The notes beneath the pieces are model-generated. The model ran no database searches. It was not told where the DNA came from and worked only from the letters and a program-made list of their open reading frames with translations. Shown in pieces: positions 1 to 21,799 of a stretch of 64,000 bases of DNA. Every line of letters starts with the position of its first letter. The stretch's first letter is position 1. Position numbers and translations under genes: made by a program. Source of the DNA: the human T2T-CHM13v2.0 reference genome, Homo sapiens. The stretch lies in the NCBI RefSeq assembly GCF_009914755.1, contig NC_060940.1; one strand, given 5' to 3'.

Positions 1-22
1 CATAGGGAGGCAAGATTTGTGA

Positions 23-382
<360 letters not shown>

Positions 383-437
383 TATTCTGTCAAATGTTTT
401 TCATGTTTCTACTTAATTATGAATATTGATTTGTTGA

Positions 438-936
438 TGTAATGGTTAATTTTGTGTGTCAACTTAACTGGGCTGTGGGATGCCCAGATTGAATATTCTG
501 CTTCTGGGTGGATCAGTGGGGATGTTTCTGGGTGAGGGAAGTGTTTGAATTGGTGGACTCAGTAAAGGCGATAGCCCTCCCCAGTGTGGGTGGACCTCAT
601 CCAATCCATTGAAGGCCTGAACAGAACAACAAGTGAAGGCAGGGAGGGATTCTTTCCTTTCCGCCTGCTAGCTTCAGCTGGAACATGGCTTTTCGGCCCT
701 GGGCCAGGGACTCCCACTATCTGCTCTCCTGGTTCTCAGGCTTCAGACTTGGACTTCACCACACCCCCAGCTTTCCTGGGTCTTCAGCTTGTGGACTGCG
801 GATCATGGGACTTCTTGGTCCCTGCAGTTGTGTGGAGCAGTTCCTCAATATAAACCTGTATTTGTATCTCTCTGTCTCTCTCTCTTCAGGCACACACCCC
901 TTGGTTCCATTTCTCCGCAGAACCGTGGCTAACGCA
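438..936 (+). mobile_element. MLT2-family (ERVL) solo LTR
   Basis: tgtaatggttaattttgtgtgtcaactt start, ccaatccattgaaggcctgaa, ends ctaacgca. Confidence 0.8.
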
Positions 937-1176
937 GTTGCCTTTCAGTCAGATCAACATATTATGACTTGTGAAATGTTTCCCCTTTTGTTGGGTATTT
1001 ATGCTGATGGTTTTTGTTTTTGCTTTTTGTTATCAGCGGATCTCAAATGAATATTTTCACACGCAAGATTTTTTTCCTACGAGTGAACTGTTTGTTAGGG
1101 CAGCTTTTCAGCAGCCTTGTTCTTGCTCATAGGGTATGAATGTTTTTGTACCTGGCATCCAAGTCTTGTGACCTGC

Positions 1177-1995
<819 letters not shown>

Positions 1996-2004
1996 AGTGC
2001 CTTT

Positions 2005-2299
2005 ATTCTTTTTTTTCTGGAACAGAGTCTTACTCCATGGCCCCGGCTGTAGTGCAGTGGTGCGATCTCAGTTCACTGCAACCTCTGCTCCCAGGTTTAA
2101 GCGATTCTCCTGCCTCAGCCTCCAGAGTAGGTGGGACTACAGGAGTGTGCCACTATACCCGGCTAATTTTTGTATTTTTAATAGAGATGGGGTTTCACCA
2201 TGTTGGCCAGGCCTGTATTGAACTCCTGAGCTCAAGTGATCCACCTGCTTCAGCCTCCCAAAGTGCTGGGATTGCAGGCATGAGCCTCTGCACCTGGCC
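2005..2299 (-). mobile_element. Alu (AluS)
   Basis: Full dimer; TSD gtgccttta. Confidence 0.9.
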
Positions 2300-2929
2300 A
2301 TGTGCCTTTACTTTGTAATCTGGGCCTTTGAGGAGATGCTGCTTGCTGATGCCACTGAGTGTAGCCCCATGGGTGAGGCTGGTGTGTGAGCCAAGGCAGC
2401 CCCCAGCATTGTGTGTAAATGCCCAACACAGTGCAGGGTGACCTTCACTTGGCCTGGGCCCTCTGAAGCCAGAGGGCCTCCTGCAGACTCTGGACAGCTC
2501 TCCCCGGCATTAAGAGGGATCTTGACTGACCCTTCCACAGAGCAGCCTGGGGAAGACACAGCGGAGTGATGGGATGGCCTGCTGAGTAATGCTTTGATTT
2601 TGATTCTAAGCTAGTGTTCACAGGGAAGGTTGAGGGGGCTGGTGCACAGCAGATGTGTGAGGGGAATGCAGCCAGACCAGGAGAAGCTCACTGTGGATTG
2701 CCACAGTGTCTGGCAGAGTCTGCTGCCCTGTTGTCTTTAAGACCCTCTGTTGGTCAAAGTTAGGCTTACTCATTGGTTTACTGGTCATTAACCCATTCTT
2801 TGATGTCTGAAGAAGTCTTGTTTCTTCTGCCTCTGTATTTATCATAAGTATTAGCTTTGCGTTTTGTATTTTTCTTTACAAGGGATAGTATTTTTATTAC
2901 GGTCAGGTTTTGTTCTTTTGTTCTTTTTT

Positions 2930-3232
2930 TGTTTTGTTTTGTTTCTTTGTTTGTTTTTTTGAGACAGGTCTTGCTCTGTCATCCAGGCTGGAGTGCAGTG
3001 GCCTGATCACACCCTCAACTCAGGGAACTCCTAGTGTCAAGTGATCTCCCTGCCTCAGCCTCCTGAGTAGCTAGGACTATAGGTACATGCCACCACGCCC
3101 AGCTAATTTTTTATAGAAATGGGGTCTCAAGGCATTGCTCAGGTTGGTCTTGATTTCCTGGCCTGAAGTGATCCTCCTATGTTGGCCTCCCTGAGTGCTG
3201 GGATTACAGGCATGGGTCACTGAGCCAGGCCC
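2930..3232 (-). mobile_element. Alu (AluJ)
   Basis: Diverged dimer with a (GTTTT)n tail. Confidence 0.85.
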
Positions 3233-3874
3233 AGATGGGGCTTTTTAAATCACTTTATATGTGCTCTATGATACCGGTAGGGAAGTAGGGGGAAACATAA
3301 TTCAGAAAGGACTACAAACATATGCTGTGTCTCGCTATTCTGCATCTCACTAGCAGTTAAGCAAATGCAAAGTGAAACAAGACTCCATATTTTGCCCATC
3401 GTATTTGCGGAGACCTTGGGTTGGCGCCCTGGTGGAAGGGAAAGATCTTGCTGTCAGTGAGTCCTCAGTTCCTGGCACATCCCATAGCATCCACTTGGTG
3501 TCTGTGGGATGAATGAGGCTGCAGGGATGGTGCACAGGGGCTGGCCTCATAGACAGCTGGAAGCAGTTGAGCTGGGAGCAGTTGATAGCCATGGGGGAAA
3601 GCAGTTTGACAAACTGGCATGAACTTAAGGATGTTTATCCCACTTGGTTTAGCAGTCCCAGTGCGAGAAGCAGCCCAGAGAACATACCCTCGATTCAAGG
3701 AAAAGTTGCTACATCTAGATACCAAAGTTCTTATTCAGAGAAGCAGAACACTGGAGTTGACCTAAATGTGCAGCCACAGGGGGACGGTTAACAGCAGAAG
3801 ATTTTATAGTTTAAGCCTTGACATTTTAACATTTAGGATCTCAAACATCTCAAATGATGTTTAAGAGTGTCTAG

Positions 3875-4236
<362 letters not shown>

Positions 4237-4573
4237 TAATGAGTTAATATTGAATGGAAAAAACAAGATAAAAAACTCAACATTTTGCTTCATTACAACT
4301 GTGTAAAGAATAGTCCGCACAGCAGGAAAGAAAAAAAGACATGTGGGAAACTGAGTCTGACACAGTAATGTTTTGGATAATGTGGCTGTTGGGTGGTTTA
4401 TTTTTTCTCTCTCTTCTTTTGGGCATTTTCTAAGTTTTCAAATAACGTGTGTTAATTGTCTTGCTGAGGAGCAACAGTTGTAATAATGAGTGGTTTTAAG
4501 CCAATCAAGGCACCAGATACTGAGGCAGTGTCAGCTTCAGGAATCTTTAATGTCACTCATTTTGAGGCAGTAG

Positions 4574-5184
<611 letters not shown>

Positions 5185-5739
5185 AGCAATCTTTAATGTA
5201 ACTCATTTTGAGGCGGTGGTCCTTGGGGCTCACTTCTCGGGTTTGGAACCTCATCCTCTTGGGGCCTGGCTTCACCTTGTACTTGCATATGTTGCGGGGA
5301 AGGGTCAAGAATTATCTTAGAAACCAGCAGAACATCGCACCTGCCCTGAGGCAGTGGAGTGGCCTAGAAAGGACTGTCTGCTTTTGCTGCCTTCTCCTGA
5401 AAGGGCGCCCCTGACCACCTCTGGGTGCCGGCTCCGTGGTCACCAGTGGCCAGGTCAGAGCCTCAGGAGGGCGCCTCTTGACAGATTCCAGAGGCACAGC
5501 CAAGGTCATCTGGTTCTCCCCCAGGTTGGGCTCCTGCCAGGACAGTCGCGGGAGCGGCTCTTCTTTTGCCCCCACCCTGCTGTCTGAAAGCCTCATTGTG
5601 GTATGGGCATGGTTGAATGATCTGTCTTGCAAACTTCTGCTAGGATTATTTCCTCCTGTGCTTCTCACTCTGTGCCACATGTCTGGCCAAAAGCTAGAGA
5701 GGGCTGAAAGGAGACTTCTACCTGACAAGCCTCTAAAAT

Positions 5740-5900
5740 AGGAGCTGGCAATCCCTGCCTGCGGACCAAACCCGCCCCCAAGCAGTGAACAGTTGTTACA
5801 TTTTTAAAGAGTTATTAAGAGACACCAAGAAAGAAGACTGTGTCATGAAGCCTGAAATATGTACTCTCTGGTCTATTACAGAAAATATTTGTTGATTTTA
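5740..5900. mobile_element. MER58-like hAT-Charlie fragment
   Basis: ctggcaa...gcctgcggaccaaacccgccc ... aagcctgaaatatgtactctctggtctattacagaaaa. Confidence 0.55.
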
Positions 5901-6177
5901 GAGTAGCTCTAACATAAAGACAAACTATATAAGTAATGTCACTTGTGGGCAGGAGACGACTCGGTGCACTTGAGTTTGGAAGACCTGGGCTCCAGTCCCA
6001 CAGCCTTGGTTCTGTTGCTTAGTGCTGATGGCCTTGGACAAGCCACACACTTTTTCTTCTTTTGCCTCCCTTCCCTTTGTCTGCCCCCGCACTTCCCTTC
6101 TTAAGTAGGTATGATTATGATCTGCTTTGGTCTTCTTTATCTACTGAGATACAGAATGATGTTTAAACCTTACAGTA

Positions 6178-6814
6178 CAGCTGGCTCTCTGCATCCATGG
6201 ACTCTGCATCCGTGAGTTCCGCATCTGTGGTTTCAACCAACTGTGGATCAAAAATATTACCAAAAAAAAAACCAATAAAAATAATACAATAAAAATACAG
6301 TATAACAACTATTTACATAGCATTTGGATTGTATTAGGTATCATAAGCAATCTAGAGATGATGTAAAGTACATATGTGGGAGGATGTGCTTATGCAAATA
6401 CTACACCGTTTTACATCAGGGACTTCAGGCTAGGCGAGGTGTCTTATGCCTGTAATCCTAGCACTTGGGGAGGCTGAAGCAGGAGGATCGCTTGAGGCTA
6501 GGATTTTGAGACCAGCCTGGACAACATAGGGAGACCCTGTTTTCACAAAAAAACAAAACAAAACAAAAAATTAGCCGGGTATGGTGGCTCACACCTGTAG
6601 TCCAAACTCCTCGGGATGCTGAGGCAGGAGGCTCTGCCAAATCCCAAGAGCTCAAGGTTGCAGTGAACTATGATTGTGCCACTGTACTCCAGTGTGGACA
6701 ACAGAGCAAGACTCCAACTCTAAAACAAAACAAGGGACTTTGAGCATCCTCAGATTTGCAGGGGTTTTTTGAAACGGTTGATACAGATGTAATGCAGATA
6801 CTGGGGGACGGCTA
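6178..6814. mobile_element. Tigger3a/MER2-like TcMar DNA transposon, Alu-interrupted
   Basis: TA|cagctggctctctgcatcc ... tcaaccaactgtggatcaaaaatatt ... gatactgggggacggcta|TA terminal inverted repeats. Confidence 0.8.
6428..6732 (+). mobile_element. Alu (AluJ) inside Tigger
   Basis: TSD agggactt. Confidence 0.85.
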
Positions 6815-7645
6815 TACTGCAAAAATACCTCCAGGTATTTATTAACATTTCTTGATTGCTCAGAGGCAAGTGCTGCAGGGGCAATTACTCCCAAACAAAC
6901 CCAACCACACTGCCTGGCGTTTCGAAGATGGCACGCATTAGAGATTTGTACTTTGTGGGTAAGGTGACAGTATAACAGATCATATGAGCATGGTTAATAA
7001 TTGAGCCGACTCCCTTTCTTGGAAGGGACCCAGACGTGACTGGTCTGATTCTGTCCTTTTACCCACGAGGGGCTCAGATGCAGCGAGGCGGAGCAACGCT
7101 AGCCCTAGGTCAGGTGGCTGCTGTCATTTCGGAACGTGGAGCAGATGGCCTGTGATGCATGTGCTGTCCCCTTCCCCAAGCCTTTGTCCCTCCTCTTCAC
7201 TCGGTGGCTTGGGCTTCCTCCAGCTCCCCTCCTCAAGCCCTGCTTCTTCCAGGCAGCCTTCCATGACCTTCCTGGAATGAGCTTTCTCCACAATCTGAGA
7301 TGCCATTTACAGCTTCTTGCAGGATTATTTGGTTCATGTTCATGCCCCCCAACAGACTGCAGGCTCCCTCAGGGCAGGATCAACAGTATTCACTGGCTCT
7401 TTTGCCACCAGTAGGGAGCACAGTGCCTGGCATATAATAGGTGCTCAGTAAACACTGGTTGAGAGAACAAATGCAAGAGGTCTGGATCTGGACTCCACGC
7501 TCTACCTCCCAGCCCACACCTCCTTCTGTTCTCAGCCCTGCCTTGGCCTGGTTAGTTCTCAGGAGGGTGCTGTGGATGCTTGTTGGTGAGTCATGCGGCC
7601 TGTGGGCTCTTTGGCCTGTCCTGCAGCTGTATTCTTTCACCTTAG

Positions 7646-7764
7646 GCCACTGGAAGGGAACACCTGCCTCTCCCAGATGCACAGCTGGGCTCCGCTGAAG
7701 GTGCTGCACAATGACTCCGACATCCTCTTCCCTGTCAGTGGCGTGGGCTCCTACAGCCCAGCAG
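7646..7764 (+). CDS. SNX29: SNX29 internal coding exon A (119 bp, phase 2 to phase 1)
   Basis: ttctttcaccttag|GCCACTG acceptor and GCAG|gtgggt donor; encodes (R)PLEGNTCLSQMHSWAPLKVLHNDSDILFPVSGVGSYSPA; in frame with ORF 7593..7799. Confidence 0.92.
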
Positions 7765-8213
7765 GTGGGTGTCTCCCGATTACTCCTTTCCTCCAATAAG
7801 AGCTTTGGCTTCGAGAACCAGCAGGAATGTCTGAGTTCCCTGGACAGGTAGGAATGGGAGCCGGGAGGCACGGGAGTCGGGGTGTGGTTCAGGGCCAGGG
7901 GGAGCTCACTGAGATGCAGAAGTGAGAGAGGGCTTGGCTTCTCTCCCTGAACCTGGGTATCCTGAGGTGCTCTCCGTGGAGTGAGTGTTGGGCTGAACCA
8001 GCTGGCAAGTCACCAGGGCCTGCAGGCCTGTTTTTCTCCCTTACCAGTGGCCCGTTGAACTTGGTCGTTTAAAAGCTGACCACAAATAGTGACCACGATT
8101 TTGCCTCTTTGGAGATGCAAGAAGGTAACTGAACCCCTGTCTGTAAAGGCCCTGCCACCCTGTGCAGAAAAGTGCTTGGGGATCAGGAAGTAGCTTGGTT
8201 AAAAGCTGTTTCT

Positions 8214-8628
<415 letters not shown>

Positions 8629-9478
8629 TCATGGGGAGGACGTGGTTGATCCCAGCTGGCCTGTGGGGTGCAGTGTAATGCAGCTGGCACAGCATCTGGC
8701 TCAGAGAAGTGCCCAGTTGCTGTCCCTGCCCTCAGAACACCGCTGGGTCAGAGAAGACTTGGCCCAACCTTCTTAGGCGCCTCCTCGTTTTCTTAGGAAG
8801 TGAATGTGCCTTCTCTGGGCCCAGATTTAGGAAATTATGACTGGAGCCCACTAATCACTCAGGAAGCTGTTGAAATTCTGAACTGGGGTGTAGATTCTTC
8901 CTGTCACTTGGCAGGGAGCATAAACCTACTCAAACTAGCTGAAGCACAGAGGCAGGGCGGGGACAGTCACTGGCAGCAGGACGGGGCCAGTCAGATGCAG
9001 TACTAGCTCTAGAAAGTTGAGTAAGCCTGAGTGCATTACTGCTCTGAGCGTCAGCATTCCTGGCTGTTAAATGAGGCTGAGTGCTTCCTGTCTGTCAGTT
9101 GCTGTGTCCTCATCTGGAAAATGGGGATGACAGTGACAATGAGAGCCAGCATTTGCAAAGCCAAAGGAGCCCTGCACTGCAGTGTGGCTGACCCTGATGA
9201 ACTCATCTGCTCTTGAGCACAGTCCTGTGAGAGTGGGGGGTGTGATTATATCAGCTACCTTTGAGATCCACAGTGAAGGCGCCTTGAGTTAATCTGGGGA
9301 AGGTGCCAGGCACATGCCAAGGCCCCTGGTGAGAGCTTCAGGGACATCTTGTCCATGGCCCAGGAGCTGGGGCGTTGGCATGGAGGGGGCTTTCCTGACT
9401 TGGTGGGGTGCTGTCATCTTTCTTATGTGGCCTCCCTCCACTTCCTGATGGGGGTCTGCCCACCTCTTCTTTTCCTAG

Positions 9479-9796
<318 letters not shown>

Positions 9797-10281
9797 TTTT
9801 CTAGTCCGTCTTTGCTCCCTGTTCATTCTCATGCCCTCCTTGGCCCACACCATGCCTCAGTCACATGACCTTCCATACCAACTGGAATTTCTCATGGGTC
9901 TCAGTTGAGGTCCCCTAAAAGTGACAATCTCGTAGGCCTAGCTCATGTTTGCAGGCCAGGCCACCGAAGTCCTGCATTTCTAGACCATCCATGGTCCAAA
10001 TAGCCAAAGGTTACGGGGTTGGTGACCTTGCTGATGCCTGTTCAGCGGCAGTGTAGATGCAGGCAGGTCATCTGAGGAGGGGCAGGGGCTGGGAGAGAGC
10101 AGGTGGTCCCAGGATGTGTCTAGGACCCCTGGGGAGTTTTGAATGTGTGTTCACAGGCTCTGTCTCATGAATCAATTTCCTGCTCACCTTGTCCCGTTCC
10201 CCATGGAGGGGTCTTGTAGTTGGGTTCTTGAATTATTGTGGAACCGTGAGGTGCTTGCAGTAGGTGGTCTGATTGTTTTGG

Positions 10282-10381
10282 CAGCTCCTTTGCCGCTTAG
10301 CTGGGCCCCCTGAACCATCAGACATCCGGGTCAGCTCCTTTGCCGCTTAGCTGGGCCTCCTGAACCATCAGACATCCGGGT
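10282..10381. repeat. Tandem duplication, 2 x 50 bp, 1 mismatch
   Basis: cagctcctttgccgcttagctgggcc(c/t)cctgaaccatcagacatccgggt twice. Confidence 0.95.
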
Positions 10382-11924
10382 CTCCTTTTTCGTGCATGTT
10401 GGGCTTTGGTCTTAGAGAACCCAGAGCTCTTCCTGCTCTTCTGGGCTTTCTGTAGCAAGTGTGTCCAGGGAACGTAGCTCCCCATCAGCCTCTAGAGTCC
10501 TTGCAGATTTCCTGTGGTCCCACACCCGGCTGTCAGCTCGCAGAGTCAGCTCCATCTTCTCACTGCTGATGGGACCCGAGCTCCAGCTGATGTCGAATGC
10601 ACTCTCTGGAGATGACGTGTGCCGGCGTCAGCCAGCATTTCCCTTCTCTGCAGTAACGATGCTGTCAGGGGGCTTGTGAGCTGGGACAGCCCAGGGGCTG
10701 CGCACAGGGGCAGGACATGGCATAGGGAGAAACATTATTCCAGGACTGTGTCAGGATGTTGGACTCAGAGCCAGGGGAATGGGTAGCCTGATTGGGACGC
10801 CAGGTTGCATCAAGTCCCTTCTGTCCTGATGCCCCATTTCCATGGGAGGTGTGGGGCCGACTGGTGCCAAGACTCTGCCTGCCTGCCCAGGTGGCCACCG
10901 CCACCATTTCTCCTGAGACTCCATTCCTTTTGCTCTGTTTCTGCCTTTTGTCCCTTCTGAGGGACATCTTCCTTCCTTAGAGATATTCTGACATTCCCTC
11001 TCATTCTGGAGCCACTTCGTCTTTTAATGGAGACTTCCCACATGGAGGGCTCCTCACCTTAGGAGACTTTTGTCATCTTTGAACACGCTGGTGCCTTTGC
11101 AGTCACTGACAGTGGGGATAGTTAGAGAAGGCAAAGGCACTGGCTGGGAGAGGATGCTTTCTGCAGCTGAGTGTTGGGAGGGAGAAAGGAGCAAAGAAGG
11201 GGGAACCCTGAAAGGAGTTCTCTTGAATCTTGGAAGAGATAACTCTGTGGTTTAGGGAGGAGTTTTGGAGTTGCTTTTCTTGGGTGACAGAGCCATTCAC
11301 AGAAGGGGACAGCACCCCAGGTTGCAAGAGGAGACCCCAGACAAGCAAATGAGGACTGGGGACCATGCGTGGTTCCTCTGGGAGTATGTGGTGTCTATAC
11401 CTGAGCAAAGCAAATTCACCAGCATTGCTTTCCAGTTGCAAGGAAGGGAGAGCTACCCAGGTTTATTTTGAGTGGGAATAGTAAACGGGTGAAAAATCAC
11501 CTGTCAGTACAAGGTGATATGACTGCTCATCCCTTCATTGAGGGTCCTGTGTTTAGTATTGGGTTTTAGGAAATGCACAATTTCCAAGGGCTTTCTTAGG
11601 TTCCTTTGAAACCTTGGGTCCTCAAACCCTTTGTTTCCCCATCAAGTCTAAAGTTCTATTTCTCCTTGTCCTCACGTTGGATCTTGGAAGTTGTTTGTTG
11701 AGGTTGAGGACAGACTGTGGTGGCTCTGCCATAATCTGATGTGATTGGTTTTAGCACTTAGCTCTTAGTGGGCAGTTTTACTGTTTTGGTTGTCAGTGTT
11801 GCGGTGGCTGGGCGGACACTGCCCTGGTTGTGCTTCCCAGTCAGCTTATACGGGTTGTGTGCTGTTTGGGGTTCCTGGTTTTCTTTATTCAGTCTTCCCA
11901 CTGGATCACTGGATGCAGGCCTGT

Positions 11925-12130
11925 ATGCTAAAGTGGGTACAGGCTCAGCTCTGCCATTGGACGGACCAGGGTTCAAACCTTTGCACTTGTTAGTTCTGTG
12001 ATCTTGAACAAGTTGCTTAAATTTTCGGGATCCATTTCCTCATCCGTAAAATTAGATAATGGTATCTGTCTTGGGGGCCTTAAGGATGAGACGGTCTATG
12101 CTGTGTGCACCCCAGAGCGTCAGGCCCACA
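11925..12130. mobile_element. MIR relic
   Basis: gggttcaaacct..tgtgatcttgaacaagttgcttaa..tttcctcatccgtaaaat. Confidence 0.65.
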
Positions 12131-13019
12131 ACAAGTACAAGCCATTCGCGGTTGTGCATCGTGAAGGGGCCCGTGGGCAATCACCTGGGACCGTGTGGAC
12201 ATTGTATCCTCACTGAGCGCTCTCATTGAAGGCTGGGTGGGTCCATGCCTTTGCCCCAGCTGTGGATTTCCACTCTGCATGTTGAGTCCCTGTCTTTGCT
12301 TCAGGGAATGTAGTCTGACTCTGCATGAGTTAGATTAGCAAGGATGACAGGGAACTGGGGCGTCTGCTGTAGAAGGCCTCTTAGATGGTATGGAGCCTTT
12401 GGACCACGGGGCAGTGGACACGACTTGTGAGCCAAGAGGAGGAGGTCATTTTGGGGGCACTGAGCAGTCTTGGATCCCCCTGGCTCTGTGATGGGATGGA
12501 GGGTGGGTGCCGTGCTCTTGTGAGCTTACAGCCTAGTGCGACATAAGATGGGGTTGTGAGGGTCAGGATCTGTTGGTAGGCACAGCGGGGTATCCCAGTA
12601 GAGTTTTCTAGAAGGCAGTTAGAGATGTGGGACTGAGATTCAAGACAGGTCTGGGCTAGAGGTGAGGGCTTGAGCACTGTCGTCTTCACGGAGGTGAGAA
12701 CTGTAGCCAAGACCTTGCCAGATGTGCCGAGGGTGACAGAGGGCCTTGGGGCCATGATTCAGGGCCACCTTCACTCAGGAATCAGAGAAAAGATGGTGGG
12801 GAGGAGGGCCGGAGATTAGTGTTGGGAAGGTTGAGAGAGGGGAGCGCCAAGTAGGAGGGGATGGTGGGGTGGGGGCTGAGGGAGGGGTTCCTTGGGCCAT
12901 TCCAGTTGACCAGGTGGGAGGATGAATGCCCGAGGTAGCCAGGATCTGTTATGGGGTGAGTTGATGCCACCCTCACTGAGCATTCTCATTGAGTTTTACA
13001 TGCGTTAAGATGTAACATT

Positions 13020-13305
<286 letters not shown>

Positions 13306-13578
13306 CGGGAGGGGAAGTGGACTTGAACTTCTTGAGAATTTGGAGTCAGTAAATAACTTGATGGAGACAGCAAGGTAGAAGAAAAGGTTAAAACAATTTT
13401 TTTTTTCCTGGTAAGTTTCCCTGAAGTTCAGCCCCTACAGAGCTGGGGGTTCTTGGGGCACCTTGAGTAAGCCAAGCAAAGATGGAGGGAATGGCATGGA
13501 GGATGGATGAGGAAGGCACCGAGGCGTGCTCTCTCCAGCACCATGTTCCTTGTCCCCGATGCACGGCTGGTTCCATAG

Positions 13579-13917
<339 letters not shown>

Positions 13918-14277
13918 TGAGCAAGGTTTCTCCTGGGTGATACTGGCCTTAATGTCACCATGCAGCCCAAGGCTTATGGATTTGCATGTTTTCCTGGAAG
14001 GAGACTTGAGCATTTATGAAAATTGTTCAGGTCCCTAGCCCGTTAGTTCCAGAGACTACTTATGGCCCCAGCTCTTGTGAATGCCTTTCCTAAATGCACT
14101 TAATGCAGGGAAAATTGGCCTTTTTAGAAAGCCGCAGACATTGTCAGGAATTAGACCATGCTGCCCTCTACTGTCTGATTCAAGGCACTACAAGCAGGAG
14201 CAGTTTTGTCTTAACAGCAAGCTGATTCATTATACCCGGTTTCTGGCCCTGGTTCTGAATATGGACTTCATGCATAA

Positions 14278-14948
<671 letters not shown>

Positions 14949-15085
14949 AAGTATAGGGCTTTCTGCTTCTACAGTGACTGATGCCAAGTCTGAGATTATC
15001 TCTGAACAACAGGAAACAGCTGATTAAAATCCAGCTTGCAGGAGAGATGGAGAAAAATTTCTTAGTCAAGTGATGTAGCAGATGA

Positions 15086-15754
<669 letters not shown>

Positions 15755-15805
15755 TGACGAATGTCAACACCTTTTGGGGCATATCTGGGTGCCTCCTCTA
15801 TTGTT

Positions 15806-16085
15806 ATTTTCTTTTTTTCTTTTTGAGACAGTCTCGCTGTGTTGCCCAGGCTGGAGTGCGGTGGCGCAATCTCGGCTCACCGCAAGCTCTGCCTGCTGTG
15901 TTCACGCCATTCTCCTGCCTCAGCCTCCTGAGTAGCTGGGACTACAGGCGCCCGCCACTGCGCCCGGCTAACTTTTTGTATTTTCAGTAGAGATGGGGTT
16001 TCACCGTGGTCTCGATCTCCTGACCTCGTGATCCGCCCGCCTCGGCCTCCCAAAGTGCTGGGATTACAGGCCACCGTGCCCGGCC
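15806..16085 (-). mobile_element. Alu (AluY-like) with internal deletions
   Basis: gcaagctc, cacgccattctcc; TSD tgttattttctt. Confidence 0.88.
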
Positions 16086-16508
16086 TGTTATTTTCTTAAT
16101 TTAAATATTTGTTGATATTTGATAACAAGATTTGACCATCCTAGTGTTGTATATTTAAGCCATTTAGATATTACATAGTATTTGTGAAGGGCTTAGTATG
16201 CTGTCTGGCATGTATTAAGCACTATATAGGTTTTCTTTTTGTTTTTTCAAATAAAGTATCTCAAGGGGAAATTGAGTTCTCCCAAGTTGTTGGATGCTTT
16301 TTTTTTATTATTTAAGTTTTAGGGTACATGTGCACAATGTTCAGGTTAGTTACATATGTATACATGTGCCATGCTGGTGTGCTGCACCCATTAACTCGTC
16401 ATTTAGCATTAGCTATATCTCCTAATGCTATCCCTCCCCCCTCCCCCCACCCCACAACAGTCCCCAGAGTGTGATGTTCCCCTTCCTGTGTCCATGTGTT
16501 CTCATTGT

Positions 16509-20322
<3,814 letters not shown>

Positions 20323-20385
20323 TATGATGTTAGCTGGTTATTTTGCTTGTTAGTTGATGCAGTTTCTTTCTAGTCTCGATGGTCT

Positions 20386-21396
20386 TTACATTTTGGCATG
20401 ATTTTGCAGTGGCTGGTACCGGTTGTGCCTTTCCATGTTTAGTGCCTCCTTCAGGAGCTCTTTTAGGGCAGGCCTGGTGGTGACAAAATCTCTCAGCATT
20501 TGCTTGTCTGTAAAGTATTTTATTTCTCCTTCACTTATGAAGCTTAGTTTGGCTGGATATGAAATTCTGGGTTGAAAATTCTTTAAGAATGTTGAATATT
20601 GGCCCCCACTCTCTTCTGGCTTGTAAAGTTTCTGTCGAGAGATCCACTGTTAGTCTGATGGGCTTCCTTTTGTGGGTAACCCGACCTTTCTCTCTGGCTG
20701 CCCTTAACATTTTTTCCTTCATTTCAACTTTGGTGAATCTGACAATTATGTGTCTTGGAGTTGCTCTTCTCCAGGAGTATCTTTGTGGCGTTCTCTGTAT
20801 TTCCTGAATCTGAATGTTGGCCTGCCTTGCTAGATTGGGGACGTTCTCCTGGATAATATCCTGTAGAGTGTTTTCCAACTTGGTTCCATTCTCCCCGTCA
20901 CTTTCAGGTACACCAATCAGATGCAGATTTGGTCTTTTCATATAGTCCCATATTTCTTGGAGGCTTTGTTCGTTTCTTTTTATTCTTTTTTCTCTCAAAT
21001 TCCCTTCTCACTTCATTTCATTCATTTCATCTTCCATCACTGATACCCTTTCTTCCAGTTGATCGCATCGGCTCCTGAGGCTTCTGCATTCTTCACCTAG
21101 TTGTCGAGCCTTGGCTTTCAGCTCCATCAGCTCCTTTAAGCACTTCTCTATATTGGTTATTCTAGTTATACATTCGTCTAAATTTTTTCAAAGTTTTCAA
21201 CTTCTTTGCCTTTGGTTTGAATTTCCTCCTGTAGCTCAGAGTAGTTTGATCATCTGAAGCCTTCTTCTCTCAACTCGTCAAAGTCATTCTCCGTCCAGCT
21301 TTGTTCCGTTGCTGGTGAGGAACCGTGTTCCTTTGGAGGAGGAGAGGTGCTCTGCTTTTTAGAGTTTGCAGTTTTTCTGCTCTGTTTTTTCCCCAT
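20386..21396 (-). pseudogene. L1 ORF1p, frameshifted
   Basis: ORF 20531..20998 (MREKRIKRNEQSLQEIWDY...RATPRHIIVRF) goes out of frame after IFNILKE; start ATG at 21396. Confidence 0.9.
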
Positions 21397-21799
21397 CTTT
21401 GTGGTTTCATCTACTTTTGGTCTTTGATGATGGTGATGTACAGATGGGTTTTTGGTGTGGATGTCTTTTCTGTTTGTTAGTTTTCCTTCTAACAGACAGG
21501 ACCCTCAGCTGCAGTCTGTTGGAGTTTGCTAGAGGTCCACTCCAGACCCTGTTTGCATGGGTATCAGCAGCGGTGTCTGCAGAACCAGGGATTTTCGTGA
21601 TCCGCGAATGCTGCTGTCTGATCGTTCCTCTGGAAGTTTTGTCTCAGAGGAGTACCCAGCCGTGTGAGGTGTCAGTCTGCCCCTACTGGGGGATGCCTCC
21701 GAGTTAGGCTGCTCAGGGGTCAGGGGTCAGGGACCCACTTGAGGAGGCAGTCTGCCCGTTCTCAGATTTCCAGCTGCGTGCTGGGAGAACTACTGCTCT

